Source: Nanobdellota archaeon
GTDB lineage: Archaea; Nanobdellota; Nanobdellia; Parvarchaeales; Parvarchaeaceae
Assembly (NCBI GenBank): GCA_021810345.1
Contig: JAJZIX010000002.1
Span: forward strand, 11,027-75,026
Length of the DNA stretch: 64,000 nt
Reading direction: 5' to 3'
Part shown: positions 9,419 to 19,193 of the stretch, one piece after another
How the letters are laid out: the number at the start of each line of letters is the position of its first letter
How positions within the stretch are numbered: the stretch's first letter is position 1
Notes under the pieces: generated by a model
The model's database searches: none
The model's input: only the letters and a program-made list of their open reading frames with translations
What the model was told of the DNA's origin: nothing
Program-made: the position numbers and the translations under genes

Positions 9419-10070
9419 GTTTCCTTATAAGCTCTGAAAGTTTGCTAGAAGCCGAGGCTTCTGATGCCTGCTTCACTACCTCTCTCAAATCGTCAGAAAT
9501 TTGTCTGTTGGCTTTTACCAACTGGTCTATCTTTGAGACCAAGCTCTCAAGGGAAGGCAGATCCTGCTCACCATAATGGCTCTGTGGCTTAGCCTGCACC
9601 GTAGTAGTCTCCTTTACAGGTTCGCTTTTCTGCGGCGCTACAGTAGTTTTATCCGCTATGTTTGGTGAGCTCCTCAGCCTGGATAGAAGCGCGGTGATTT
9701 CGCTTATTTCAGACGATTGTTCCTCGACGCGTTTTATCTGATCCTGAAGCTTTGAGGCGCTAAGTTTTGTATCATTTGTTGTACTACCTATCAGCTTCAT
9801 ATTATCCTGTGAGGGCAGCAGTGTTTCCGTATTCACCTGTTTTTGTTGTGTTTCTACCTTTGGGACCGCCTGTGGAGTCCTTGCAGGAGGCTCAGATTTT
9901 ATCGTCTTTTCTTCGTTGCGCACGAAAGCCTCTTTTTTTGAAATAAATGACTCCAGCTCTGGAGAAGTTATGCCCAGTTCACTCTCATACTGTTTTATCT
10001 TGGCCTTTAGGTCCTCCACCTTGGAGAGCAGGTCATAAGTTTCCTCTTTAAGCTTGTCTTCTTCGGCCAT
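9393..10070 (-). CDS. Hypothetical coiled-coil protein with a low-complexity S/T/Q/P-rich centre
   Basis: 225 aa. Heptad-like charged N- and C-terminal segments. It lies directly downstream of fibrillarin and overlaps the apgM start by 26 nt. Confidence 0.4.
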   Translation of the reverse strand: MAEEDKLKEETYDLLSKVEDLKAKIKQYESELGITSPELESFISKKEAFVRNEEKTIKSEPPARTPQAVPKVETQQKQVNTETLLPSQDNMKLIGSTTNDTKLSASKLQDQIKRVEEQSSEISEITALLSRLRSSPNIADKTTVAPQKSEPVKETTTVQAKPQSHYGEQDLPSLESLVSKIDQLVKANRQISDDLREVVKQASEASASSKLSELIRKLAVVGFNE

Positions 10071-10101
10071 ATAGATAAGTTATTAGTCTCTTTATTGATA
10101 T

Positions 10102-10773
10102 TTATCCTTTTTTAATTATTATCAGAGAATGGCCTTTTTGGTAGGGGTATAGGTCTATGGATGCTAAAATCTTAAAATGCTCGGATATTTTCTTGACCTC
10201 CCTGTCGACTATCCGCCTCGTATCAGCGGATACATCTATGCTTTTTGTTTTTAGCGCAATGGCAGCTTGTCCCCCTCTTTTTAGGAATTTGCTTACATTC
10301 TTTATGAAGATATCGGTTTGATCGCGCTGCGCTATATCTTGGTAAAGAAAATCGCATGATGTCACGGCCATGCCAAGTTCCCCGACTTTTCTGGCATCCC
10401 CTATGATAGGAAATATGTTCTTCCTTATTTCTGATAGTAAGACCAAATTGACCCCCATTTCCTCTGATATCTCTACAGCGTATACTTTCCCCCCGTTTGA
10501 TATTATGTCAGACACGTGTGATACTGTTGTGCCAGATGATGCACCTAGATAAAGAACAGTGTCGCCTTCCTTCAGCTCTAATGGCCTTGCCCCTTTGTAT
10601 AGAGCTGCAGACATCTTGCTTCTGAATGGATTCCACTCTCTATATTCTTTTCCCTGGAACTCAAACAGCTCCTCTCCATAAACTTGCTTTGAAGGCGTCA
10701 GATTGAGCGAAACAAGTCTTTTTCTGCCGTCGAATGCCCAACAGACATTATCCATCACGCGCTTAAGTTCCAT
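10102..10773 (-). CDS. flpA: Fibrillarin-like rRNA/tRNA 2'-O-methyltransferase
   Basis: 223 aa with a SAM-binding region LYLGASSGTTVSHVSDI...GKVYAVE. Shows the typical archaeal adjacency to Nop5. Confidence 0.9.
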   Translation of the reverse strand: MELKRVMDNVCWAFDGRKRLVSLNLTPSKQVYGEELFEFQGKEYREWNPFRSKMSAALYKGARPLELKEGDTVLYLGASSGTTVSHVSDIISNGGKVYAVEISEEMGVNLVLLSEIRKNIFPIIGDARKVGELGMAVTSCDFLYQDIAQRDQTDIFIKNVSKFLKRGGQAAIALKTKSIDVSADTRRIVDREVKKISEHFKILASIDLYPYQKGHSLIIIKKG

Positions 10774-11518
10774 TTTTTATCTTGTCAACCTCCTTCCTCA
10801 TCTTTTTGAGGATCAGCCCACTTTTGTCCTCCTTTGAGAAGAAATCCACTTTTGCTGCTAGGCTTGTTTTTGATGCGACAACGCGCGCTATCCTCCCTTT
10901 TAGCTTGTCTGAAGCCGCTTGGATCTCAGGATGGAAGAATATGACTCCATACTTGGGAGTCCTAGCCTTTTTGCCACCGAATATCGATTTTTCCGCACCC
11001 AGCACCTGCAGCTTGCCGGAGGGCATTTCAGATAGGTTTTTTAAGCTCCCGGACAATGATATCAGCTTTGCAGCGATATCCGGACCCGCAACCTTGAACA
11101 AGTTTATGTAGTTTTCTTCAAGGATTGAGCCTATCTTCAGCTCTATCATTGTTCTTAGACCGGATAAGCCCACCAGCTGGTTGAAGCTGTCGGTTATGGC
11201 CGATAAATCAGAATCTGATAAATTATATCCCATGCTATCGGCAGAGATCCCCAAATAAGAGGATATCTCGTCTCTCTTTACTCCTTTGGACAGCGCCGAG
11301 ATGAATGCTTCTTTGTCCCTTATCAGGTCTGCGGCCTCTGGAAAGTATAAGAAGTATGTATCAAAAAGCGCCTTAAAAAGTGTGTTTTCGGCTTTCTTCG
11401 TCTCCGACTCCATCGAAACAAGCTTTCTTATGAAATCATCCAGAGACAGCTGCTCTTTTATCCGCTTCTTGGCTTCCTCAACGTATTTTGAATTGTCAGA
11501 GTCCGGTTTGTCGTTCAT
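10763..11518 (-). CDS. nop5: Nop5/Nop56-family C/D box snoRNP protein, short form (Nop domain present, N-terminal and coiled-coil region reduced)
   Basis: Has the C-terminal Nop domain (LKNLSEMPSGKLQVLGAEKSIFGG...GVIFFHPEIQ). It is only 251 aa, against ~400 aa for canonical archaeal Nop5. It overlaps the fibrillarin start. Confidence 0.75.
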   Translation of the reverse strand: MNDKPDSDNSKYVEEAKKRIKEQLSLDDFIRKLVSMESETKKAENTLFKALFDTYFLYFPEAADLIRDKEAFISALSKGVKRDEISSYLGISADSMGYNLSDSDLSAITDSFNQLVGLSGLRTMIELKIGSILEENYINLFKVAGPDIAAKLISLSGSLKNLSEMPSGKLQVLGAEKSIFGGKKARTPKYGVIFFHPEIQAASDKLKGRIARVVASKTSLAAKVDFFSKEDKSGLILKKMRKEVDKIKNGT

Positions 11519-11615
11519 TGCTATAATATGTAAGAGGGGATATTTATAATGAATTTTTGGAGTAAAAAGGATAAATAGATGAAATAAGTAGTCTAAAAAT
11601 AGTTATAATATTGTT

Positions 11616-12776
11616 ATGAGAACTTTGATTGCGGGAGTAGATGGTTATCTTGGTTGGGCGCTTGCGCTCAGGCTGCTCTCTAAGGGTCATGAAGTAATAG
11701 GTGTAGACAATTTCTATACAAGAAAAGCAGTGAAGGAAGTCGGCTCTGACTCGGCGCTCCCGATAGGGTCATTCCATCAAAGAGTAAGGGGCCTTCCGAA
11801 AGACAAATTCAGCAAAATAGCCTTTTACAACGTCGATGTAACCGATTACAAGCGGTTAAAGAAAGTGATCTCGAAATACAAGCCGGATTCGATAGTTGAC
11901 TTCGCCGAGCAAAGATCGGCGCCATATTCTATGAGGAGCCGCAGCACTGCTGCGTATACACTGTCGAACAACATCGTAGGCACGCTGAACTTCATATATG
12001 CAATAAAGGAAATCAACAAGAAGATACACTTTCTGAAGATGGGTACGATGGGAGAGTACGGTACCCCGAATTTTGATATTCCTGAATCGACGTTTGTAGA
12101 GGCTACGATAAACGGCAAGAGCGACAGGATCATAACACCAAAAAACGCCGGTTCCTGGTACCATTGGTCTAAAGTCTATGACACAGATAACCTGATATTC
12201 GCAAACAAAGTGTGGGGTCTTACGATGACCGACATAATGCAGGGCCCAGTGTACGGCACGCGCACCAACGATATAACCAGCGAAGCGCTGTTTACAAGGT
12301 TCGATTTTGATGAAACTTGGGGCACTGTGCTCAACAGGTACTGCGTCGAAGCTGTTTTGGGCGTACCTTTGACCCCTTACGGTAGCGGAGGGCAGACAAG
12401 AGCCTTTCTATCGCTCGAAGACAGCGTTACTGCGCTTTCATTGCTTCTTGAGAACCCCCCACCCGATGGCGGATACAGGACGGTAAACCAGTTTACTGAG
12501 ACTTATAGCGTTATGGAGCTGGCAAAGCTTGTGCGGGACAAGGCTTCGTCCCTCGGGCTTAATGTTGAAATAAAAAGCGTAGATAACCCGCGTGTTGAGG
12601 CTGAAAAGCATTATTATAACCCGGAAAGAAAGGTCTTGCCTGCATTGGGACTGAAGGGGCCCACAAAAAATCTTAAGGATGAGGTAGAAATAATGATAAA
12701 AGATCTCCTTCCATACAAAAGCAGGTTAGAAAAGCATAAGGACGTAATAGCTCCCAAAACCAATTGGAGAGCTTGA
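11616..12776 (+). CDS. agl3: UDP-sulfoquinovose synthase-like NAD-dependent sugar epimerase/dehydratase (SQD1/Agl3 family)
   Basis: 386 aa. Rossmann motif GVDGYLGWALALRL. Catalytic YHWSKV (Y-x3-K). Length and insertions fit SQD1/Agl3 rather than GalE. Confidence 0.65.
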   Translation: MRTLIAGVDGYLGWALALRLLSKGHEVIGVDNFYTRKAVKEVGSDSALPIGSFHQRVRGLPKDKFSKIAFYNVDVTDYKRLKKVISKYKPDSIVDFAEQRSAPYSMRSRSTAAYTLSNNIVGTLNFIYAIKEINKKIHFLKMGTMGEYGTPNFDIPESTFVEATINGKSDRIITPKNAGSWYHWSKVYDTDNLIFANKVWGLTMTDIMQGPVYGTRTNDITSEALFTRFDFDETWGTVLNRYCVEAVLGVPLTPYGSGGQTRAFLSLEDSVTALSLLLENPPPDGGYRTVNQFTETYSVMELAKLVRDKASSLGLNVEIKSVDNPRVEAEKHYYNPERKVLPALGLKGPTKNLKDEVEIMIKDLLPYKSRLEKHKDVIAPKTNWRA

Positions 12777-12780
12777 GCTC

Positions 12781-13554
12781 TTACTTGAATTTGTTCTCGA
12801 AAGTGTACTTCAATGCCTTAAAGTAGCTCTCAGGATCGCCTATGTTGAGCCAAGCTTCTTTTGGCAGGAGAAGCCCGTAGACCTCGCCGCCATTGGTTAT
12901 TATGTTGTTTATGGCAGGAGTGAGCTCTATCTCTCCCTTAGATTCAACTTTTCTCAGACTGTCGAATATCTTGTGGCTGAATATGTAAGTCGCTAGAAGC
13001 GCAAAATTACTCTTTGGGTTTGTCGGTTTTTCCTCCGCATTGGTTATCCTATAGAGCCGGTGTCCCTCAAATTTGCTTTCTTCTCCTAGAGTTACTACCC
13101 CATATCTGCTCGGATTAGGCACTTCCCTGAGGAAAACCACTGCGTCCGGGTTCTTTTCCTCGAATATGCGGGCTCCCGTCCTGTACCCATCTGCAAGGAT
13201 CCCATCATCGGCATGCACGAACACCGGCTCGTTTCCAGCGAATTTTTCGCCGAAAAGCACGGCATCTCCAAAGCCTTTCTTGTTCTCCTGGTACTCATAC
13301 CTAACGTTCACCTGCTTAAGGTGCGATATTATCGCTTTGTCAGTCTGATGATTCAGTATCACGCAGAATTCATCCACACCGGCATCAGATAGTTTTGAAA
13401 TTATATAATCTATCATCGGGAACATCACAGGTTTCTCGTCTTCCCACTTGAACAATGGCAGCACGGCTTTTGGCATGATACTGGTTATATATTTCATTCT
13501 GCTCCCGATTCCGGCTGCGGTTATTATTGCTTTTTTTACAATTACCATGTGCAT
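12781..13554 (-). CDS. Sugar-1-phosphate nucleotidyltransferase (glucose-1-P uridylyl/thymidylyltransferase, Agl4-like)
   Basis: 257 aa. N-terminal pyrophosphorylase signature AIITAAGIGSRM (G-x-G-x-R). Convergent with the agl3-like gene. Confidence 0.7.
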   Translation of the reverse strand: MHMVIVKKAIITAAGIGSRMKYITSIMPKAVLPLFKWEDEKPVMFPMIDYIISKLSDAGVDEFCVILNHQTDKAIISHLKQVNVRYEYQENKKGFGDAVLFGEKFAGNEPVFVHADDGILADGYRTGARIFEEKNPDAVVFLREVPNPSRYGVVTLGEESKFEGHRLYRITNAEEKPTNPKSNFALLATYIFSHKIFDSLRKVESKGEIELTPAINNIITNGGEVYGLLLPKEAWLNIGDPESYFKALKYTFENKFK

Positions 13555-13585
13555 TTACCAGCGGTCATATAACTATATTTATAGT

Positions 13586-14788
13586 TTATAACTGATCCTC
13601 TCTTACCTTCGAATCCTTCTTTTCCTTTAGGTCTCTTATCGTTATCTCGCCTTTCTCCAGGTCCTTGCTCCCGACTATGACCGCGTATCTTATTTTCTTT
13701 GAGTTGCAGTAGTCCAAGGCCTTTGACAGAGATACCCGGTCAAACAGGATATCCACTGCGAGGCCCTTTTCCCTCAACCTTCTGCCGATTTCCATTGCTT
13801 TGTCCATTTTATCTATGTTTACAATGCAGTACTTGTTTGTATAATCCTCAAATGGCCTCTCCTTGATTATCTCCATGACCCTATCAAAGCCTATTGATCC
13901 CCCGACGATCGGCATCTCTACGTCAAATTTTTGGCTGAGCATGTCGTATCTACCGCCGCCCGCGATCGTGCCCTTATACGGGTCATCCTCATGTATAAAT
14001 TCAAAGATATTTCCGTCATAGTAAGCTATCCCTCTTACAAGGGCATTGTCTATGACTACATTGCTTATACCATAGTCCTTGAGGTATTCCACAAGCTCGT
14101 TTACCTCCTGCTGGCCCTTGCTTTCCGGATTGAACTTGCCCTTTAAGTAATCAGACAGCTTTTCAAGCTTATCCTGGCCCATTAAAGAGCTTAGGTTCTT
14201 GAGGACTGAGTCCACTCCTATTTTGTCTATCTTATCCATTTCCCTCAGCACCGTCAGTCCATCAACTTGCTGCAGCTCAAGTTCATCTATAAGGGACTGT
14301 AGGATCTTGCGGTTGTTTATGTGTATCTTATACTTTGAAATCCCCAAATTTTTGAACGCAAAATCAATGCACCCTATGACATCCGCGTCATACCTTATGC
14401 TGTTTGAGCCGTAAACATCTATATCCGCCTGCACAAATTCTCTATATCTACCCTTTGCAGTGTCTTCATAACGCCAAACGTTGCCTATTATATAAGCCTT
14501 GAATGGCTTTACGAGTGATTTGTCGTTTGCGACCACCCTAAGCTTTGAAATTGTGTGTTCTGGCCTCAAAGCCAGTTTTTCTCCCTTTTTATCTGAGAAT
14601 GAGTACAGCTGGTTTTCTATCTCAGGACCGGATTTGTCCGTGAATAAGGAGAGATACTCTATTATAGGAGTCTCCATAGGCTCAAATCCGAACCTTTCAT
14701 AGGAGTCCCTTATCTTATTTATTACCTCCAGCCTTAGCGAGGCCTCTCGGCCTATAAAATCCCTCACGCCTTTTACCCTCTCAGCCAT
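13586..14788 (-). CDS. hisS: Histidyl-tRNA synthetase
   Basis: 400 aa class II aaRS. Motif 2/3 regions include RYREFVQADID, GGGRYD and GFDRVM. Confidence 0.9.
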   Translation of the reverse strand: MAERVKGVRDFIGREASLRLEVINKIRDSYERFGFEPMETPIIEYLSLFTDKSGPEIENQLYSFSDKKGEKLALRPEHTISKLRVVANDKSLVKPFKAYIIGNVWRYEDTAKGRYREFVQADIDVYGSNSIRYDADVIGCIDFAFKNLGISKYKIHINNRKILQSLIDELELQQVDGLTVLREMDKIDKIGVDSVLKNLSSLMGQDKLEKLSDYLKGKFNPESKGQQEVNELVEYLKDYGISNVVIDNALVRGIAYYDGNIFEFIHEDDPYKGTIAGGGRYDMLSQKFDVEMPIVGGSIGFDRVMEIIKERPFEDYTNKYCIVNIDKMDKAMEIGRRLREKGLAVDILFDRVSLSKALDYCNSKKIRYAVIVGSKDLEKGEITIRDLKEKKDSKVREDQL

Positions 14789-14900
14789 AATGAATAACGA
14801 TGTAATCCGCGTTTATATATTTTAGACATCCGTGGTCAGCAGTGTGTGCCAGCAGCATACTGTATAACTATTTATAGCCCTTCTCATCTTATTTAATTTT

Positions 14901-15842
14901 ATGTCTGGTAACAGTAGCGGATCGGTTAAGAAAGTGTGTGTAATAGGCGGAGCGGGCGTTAAAAATACCGCTTCTGCGCTTAAAAAAATAAAGGGGCTTG
15001 ACATAAAAGTGATAGTATCAACTTTTGATTCTGGGGGACATACAGGTTTCCTGCGAAAGCAGCTTGGAATATATGCTATTGGCGACATACGTGACAACCT
15101 TATCGCCGCAGCCGGGGACAAGGAGACCTCAAAGGCGTTTTCTACAAGATCGAGGATGTGCGGCTCAAACCAGAGCATCGGCAATCTCATACTGGTCGGG
15201 CTGATGAATGAGAGAAAATCACATTATCTAGAAGCAGCGCATGATCTCCTGAAGATCCCATCAAACATAAGGATTCTCCCGATTGTAGACGACATAAATT
15301 ACACGGGAGATCTGGTCATAAACACGAATAAAGGCAAATTAATAGGCGAGCATAACTTAGATGTTCAGTCAGGGATTAGGGTAAATGGAATAAGCTTGAG
15401 CGAGCCGGTGGGTATAAGTTCAGACGCTAAAAAAGCAATCGAGGGGGCCGATTTCATAATTTTTGGGCCCGGGGACATCTTCTCATCGATTCTGCCAAAT
15501 ACTCTTGTCAATGGGTTTAAGAGCGCATTGAGGGCCTCGAATGCCAAAAAGATACTGATCTTAAATACAATGAACAAAGTCAATGAGACATATGGTTATA
15601 AAGCGTCGGATTTCCTCAATGTATTCAAAGAAAATGGGATAACCATAGACACTGTCGTAGTAAACAAAGGTAGAGCTGGCAAGTCAGTTTCGAGGAGCAA
15701 CTACGGCAAGGAACATGGTTTTGTTGTTAACGATCTTTTTGGTGGCAATGTTTTTTCTTATGATCTGATAAACAAAAGGCATCCAGAGCAGCATGATCCG
15801 GATAAGCTGAGCCTGGCGCTGAATGATATCCTTAGGATGTGA
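14901..15842 (+). CDS. CofD/YvcK family protein (UPF0052; 2-phospho-L-lactate transferase-like)
   Basis: 313 aa. N-terminal VCVIGGAGVKN glycine-rich loop and a conserved STFDSGGHTG region. Confidence 0.6.
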   Translation: MSGNSSGSVKKVCVIGGAGVKNTASALKKIKGLDIKVIVSTFDSGGHTGFLRKQLGIYAIGDIRDNLIAAAGDKETSKAFSTRSRMCGSNQSIGNLILVGLMNERKSHYLEAAHDLLKIPSNIRILPIVDDINYTGDLVINTNKGKLIGEHNLDVQSGIRVNGISLSEPVGISSDAKKAIEGADFIIFGPGDIFSSILPNTLVNGFKSALRASNAKKILILNTMNKVNETYGYKASDFLNVFKENGITIDTVVVNKGRAGKSVSRSNYGKEHGFVVNDLFGGNVFSYDLINKRHPEQHDPDKLSLALNDILRM

Positions 15843-15882
15843 ATATGCAATGCTTTAATACTGGATCTATTCATACTTTAAT

Positions 15883-16197
15883 ATGAAAAATAATCAAGGA
15901 TTGGACCTGCTTGTCTCAGATAAAGTATCACAGTGGGAAGTCGGTGTGCTGTCCAAAAACAGCGGAAGGGGTGCGATGGCACTTAACATTGCGATAGAAC
16001 TTCTCGGGGGCAATGGATCTCTAAAGGGATTGGAATACTTACAGAGTCCTGACGGCGAATACAGCTCAATAAAGTTTTACAGCTCGCATCCTAAATACCA
16101 GATCAAAGATGTTGCTGACTCATTGCTCAAGCTTGATGTGGGAGTATATATCTCAAGGTCAAAAGTGGAAGAAAGTTCTGTCTACAGCAACGACTGA
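15883..16197 (+). CDS. Hypothetical protein (104 aa)
   Basis: ORF only, in an intergenic-sized gap; no recognisable motif. Confidence 0.35.
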   Translation: MKNNQGLDLLVSDKVSQWEVGVLSKNSGRGAMALNIAIELLGGNGSLKGLEYLQSPDGEYSSIKFYSSHPKYQIKDVADSLLKLDVGVYISRSKVEESSVYSND

Positions 16198-16204
16198 AAA
16201 TCAG

Positions 16205-16648
16205 CTAAAAGTTTGTAACAACCTTGTTTACCGGATCGTCAACATTGCTTCTGTCGATGTTGTAAACATTGTATACCTTCGGTTTTAGCACAGAAACTAT
16301 GTATTCGAATGCCAAAGTCGGGTCACTCTGCTCGCCGCAGGAATAGATATCAAGCGTCGCATACTTACTCTCTGGCCAAGTGTGCAGAGATATATGGCTT
16401 TCCTCTATTAGGGCTATAAGGGATACCCCTCCGATGTCCGGTGAGTTCATGGCTGTAAACTGCTTCTCCATCAATTCTATTATGTGGAGGTTTCCGATCT
16501 TTGCTGCCTCTATCATAGTTGTCTTCAGAAACTGGAGATCTTTGAGATATTTTTCGTCGATATCGTAAAGATTACCGAAAACGTGTTTTCCTATGATTTT
16601 TGTTAGATTTTTTTCGGTAGTTTTCCCGGAAAGTCTACTTTTCTTCAT
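16205..16648 (-). CDS. speH: Pyruvoyl-dependent S-adenosylmethionine (or arginine) decarboxylase proenzyme
   Basis: Carries the canonical self-cleavage/pyruvoyl motif EESHISLHTWPE and is the expected small size. Confidence 0.8.
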   Translation of the reverse strand: MKKSRLSGKTTEKNLTKIIGKHVFGNLYDIDEKYLKDLQFLKTTMIEAAKIGNLHIIELMEKQFTAMNSPDIGGVSLIALIEESHISLHTWPESKYATLDIYSCGEQSDPTLAFEYIVSVLKPKVYNVYNIDRSNVDDPVNKVVTNF

Positions 16649-16799
16649 TTGTTTTTATTAACTAACTGCATTTAAATAACTATCTATTTTGGTATCTTCT
16701 GGGTTTGCCGTCCTTTTTTCAATTAATCGAGTCATTTTCATCTAAAAAATATTTAAATATGATGACTTTGTATAATTAGCAGTCAGCCGGCGAAAAGGC

Positions 16800-17438
16800 A
16801 TGCTGGTTCAATTTCTGGAGGTTGGTATGAACTACGATGCGCAGTATGAAGTAAAAGCACTTAAATATAAGGAGCTCAAGGGTCTTTCAGCCAAGCAGCT
16901 AAGTTTTCATCATGATATCCATTACAAAGGATACGTAACTAGGCGTAATTTCGTCCATGAGAAGCTGAAAACGGCGGACAAAGCCGGCGTCAATGCGAAC
17001 TACAGTGAATTCAGAGAGCTCAAAAAGGAGGAGACATTCAATGCAGCTGGCCAATTGCTCCATGAACTTTACTTTGATATTCTCGGCGGCGACGGGAAGT
17101 TCTCCGAGGACATGGAGATAATCAAAAAAATAAAAGATGACTTTGGAAGCTTTGATGCGTTCAAAGAGGATCTTACGACAACCGCAAAGGCATCCAGAGG
17201 GTGGGCGGTTCTCTGCATAGACCCGACAGATAATAAGCTCCGCAATTTCCTGTTAGACGGACATGACAATGGCGGAGTGCTTGGCGCGATACCAATACTC
17301 GCTTTGGATGTATATGAGCATGCATATTACGTGGATTACGGTGCGGACAAAGCAAGCTATCTCACTCCTTTCCTGAACAATCTTGACTGGAACATAATAA
17401 ACCAGCGATTTTCTAAGTTCAAATCCGTATACGCTTAA
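16800..17438 (+). CDS. sod: Fe/Mn superoxide dismutase
   Basis: Has FHHDIHYKGYV and the C-terminal LDVYEHAYYVDYG motifs. The true start is probably the internal Met at 16827 (MNYDAQYEV). Confidence 0.85.
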   Translation: MLVQFLEVGMNYDAQYEVKALKYKELKGLSAKQLSFHHDIHYKGYVTRRNFVHEKLKTADKAGVNANYSEFRELKKEETFNAAGQLLHELYFDILGGDGKFSEDMEIIKKIKDDFGSFDAFKEDLTTTAKASRGWAVLCIDPTDNKLRNFLLDGHDNGGVLGAIPILALDVYEHAYYVDYGADKASYLTPFLNNLDWNIINQRFSKFKSVYA

Positions 17439-17486
17439 ATCGCAGTTATAATGCTTATATATTTGTTGTAATCATTACTTTTCTAT

Positions 17487-18887
17487 ATGCCGACGGAAGA
17501 CCTTAGAAGCAGTGGTAGAAAATGGGTTTCTTTGCAGTTCACCGATCTATCCGGCCAGCTAAGAGAAGTTATTATCTCTGAAGCGGAGCTGACCGATGAA
17601 AACAAGCGTGAAGGCTTCTCCAAGCTGGACGGAAGCAGCATACCTGGATTTGCAGGCATAGAAGAGAGCGATATGGTGCTGAAGCCGGATATGTCGACCG
17701 AAAGTACGTTACCGTGGGCAAAGCACACCAGGCGACTCATTAATGATATCTATTACAATAGAGACAGGCAGAGATTCGAGAAGGACCCAAGATATGTAGC
17801 GCAGGCTACGGAGATAAAGAGCGGAGGATTGGGTTACACCCTTTATTACGGTCCAGAGATGGAATTTTTCATATTGGATGGCTTTAAGTTTGATAATGCG
17901 ACCCCTTCTACTGGCTTGGGCTACAAGCTGTATTCGAGTGAAAACCCAGTGTCTGGAAATGCTCCATCAATACCTTACAAGGGAGGTTATTATGTCACAC
18001 AGCCTATGGACAAAACATATTCCGTGCGCTCTAAGATCATTGATACTCTTTCGAGCGATTTCGGCTTCAATATAGAAGCAGCCCACCACGAGGTTGCAAC
18101 AAATGGGCAGGTCGAGATAGACTTTAAGTTCGGAACGCTTGTCGAAACTGCGGATAGGGTCCAGACACTCAAATATGTTTCTAGAAATATCGCATCGCAG
18201 GAGGGCAAGATTGCCACTTTCATGCCGAAGCCATTCTTCGGGGACAATGGCAGTGGCATGCACGTAAACATGAGTTTTTGGGACAGCAAAAAGACGACCA
18301 ATCTGTTTTATGATAAGGATGATGAATACGCTCAGTTGAGTCAGATTGGGAGGTATGCAGTGGGGGGGATACTGTACCACTCACAGGCGCTCTCTGCTAT
18401 AGTCTCCCCGACTACTAACAGTTACAGGCGCCTTACACCAGGATTTGAAGCCCCGATCTACATAGCATGGGGCCGTGCCAACAGGAGTGCAATCGTCAGA
18501 GTCCCGGCTTATAAGATGGATATGCTAATAACAAAAAGATTGGAATACAGAGCGCCGGATCCTTCGGCTAACCCATATCTGGCATTTTCAGCGGTTGCTA
18601 TGGCTGCGATAGATGGAGTGACAAAGAAGATTGAGCCGGGTGATCCTGTAAACAGAAGCATTTACAAGATGAGCAGGCAAGAGGTAAAAGAACTGGGGAT
18701 AAAGGAGCTCCCAAGGAACCTGGAGGATGCTTTGGGTGCCCTTGAGTCTGACAATGACTTTTTACGACCAGTTTTTGCAAAGCCTTTGATCGATACTTAC
18801 ATTGATATAAGTCTGTCGGAAGCACGGGACTTAAACAGGTACCCAAGCCCGGTTGAAGTTGAGAGACTTCTAAGCAAGGGGATTTGA
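17487..18887 (+). CDS. glnA: Glutamine synthetase type I
   Basis: 466 aa. Has the GS beta-grasp and catalytic motifs (KPFFGDNGSGMHVNMS, NPYLAF). Confidence 0.9.
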   Translation: MPTEDLRSSGRKWVSLQFTDLSGQLREVIISEAELTDENKREGFSKLDGSSIPGFAGIEESDMVLKPDMSTESTLPWAKHTRRLINDIYYNRDRQRFEKDPRYVAQATEIKSGGLGYTLYYGPEMEFFILDGFKFDNATPSTGLGYKLYSSENPVSGNAPSIPYKGGYYVTQPMDKTYSVRSKIIDTLSSDFGFNIEAAHHEVATNGQVEIDFKFGTLVETADRVQTLKYVSRNIASQEGKIATFMPKPFFGDNGSGMHVNMSFWDSKKTTNLFYDKDDEYAQLSQIGRYAVGGILYHSQALSAIVSPTTNSYRRLTPGFEAPIYIAWGRANRSAIVRVPAYKMDMLITKRLEYRAPDPSANPYLAFSAVAMAAIDGVTKKIEPGDPVNRSIYKMSRQEVKELGIKELPRNLEDALGALESDNDFLRPVFAKPLIDTYIDISLSEARDLNRYPSPVEVERLLSKGI

Positions 18888-18920
18888 TAACTTTAAGAAT
18901 ATATAGTAATTCTTATAGTA

Positions 18921-19193
18921 ATGGAAGACGAAGAATTTGACAGGCTTCTAAGAGTCTGCAGGCTGAAAGTATCCGCCGAGCAAAGAAAAAAGCTCAAGTC
19001 CGATGCAGATGATATTCTTCATTATTTTGACAGGATAAGCGAGGTTCAGTGCGACGATATTCCTCCTGCATTTCATTCTGTGGATATTGATGGCAGGTAC
19101 AGAAAGGATGTGCCGTTAAAGTTCGATGACGTCGAGGGGATACTTAAAAACACAAAAACGCACAGGTTTTTTGTGGTAGGGCCGAGGATATGA
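18921..19193 (+). CDS. gatC: Asp/Glu-tRNA amidotransferase subunit C
   Basis: 90 aa. It immediately precedes gatA with ATGA overlap. GatC-like text: RLKVSAEQRKKLKSDADDILHYFDRISEV. Confidence 0.7.
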   Translation: MEDEEFDRLLRVCRLKVSAEQRKKLKSDADDILHYFDRISEVQCDDIPPAFHSVDIDGRYRKDVPLKFDDVEGILKNTKTHRFFVVGPRI

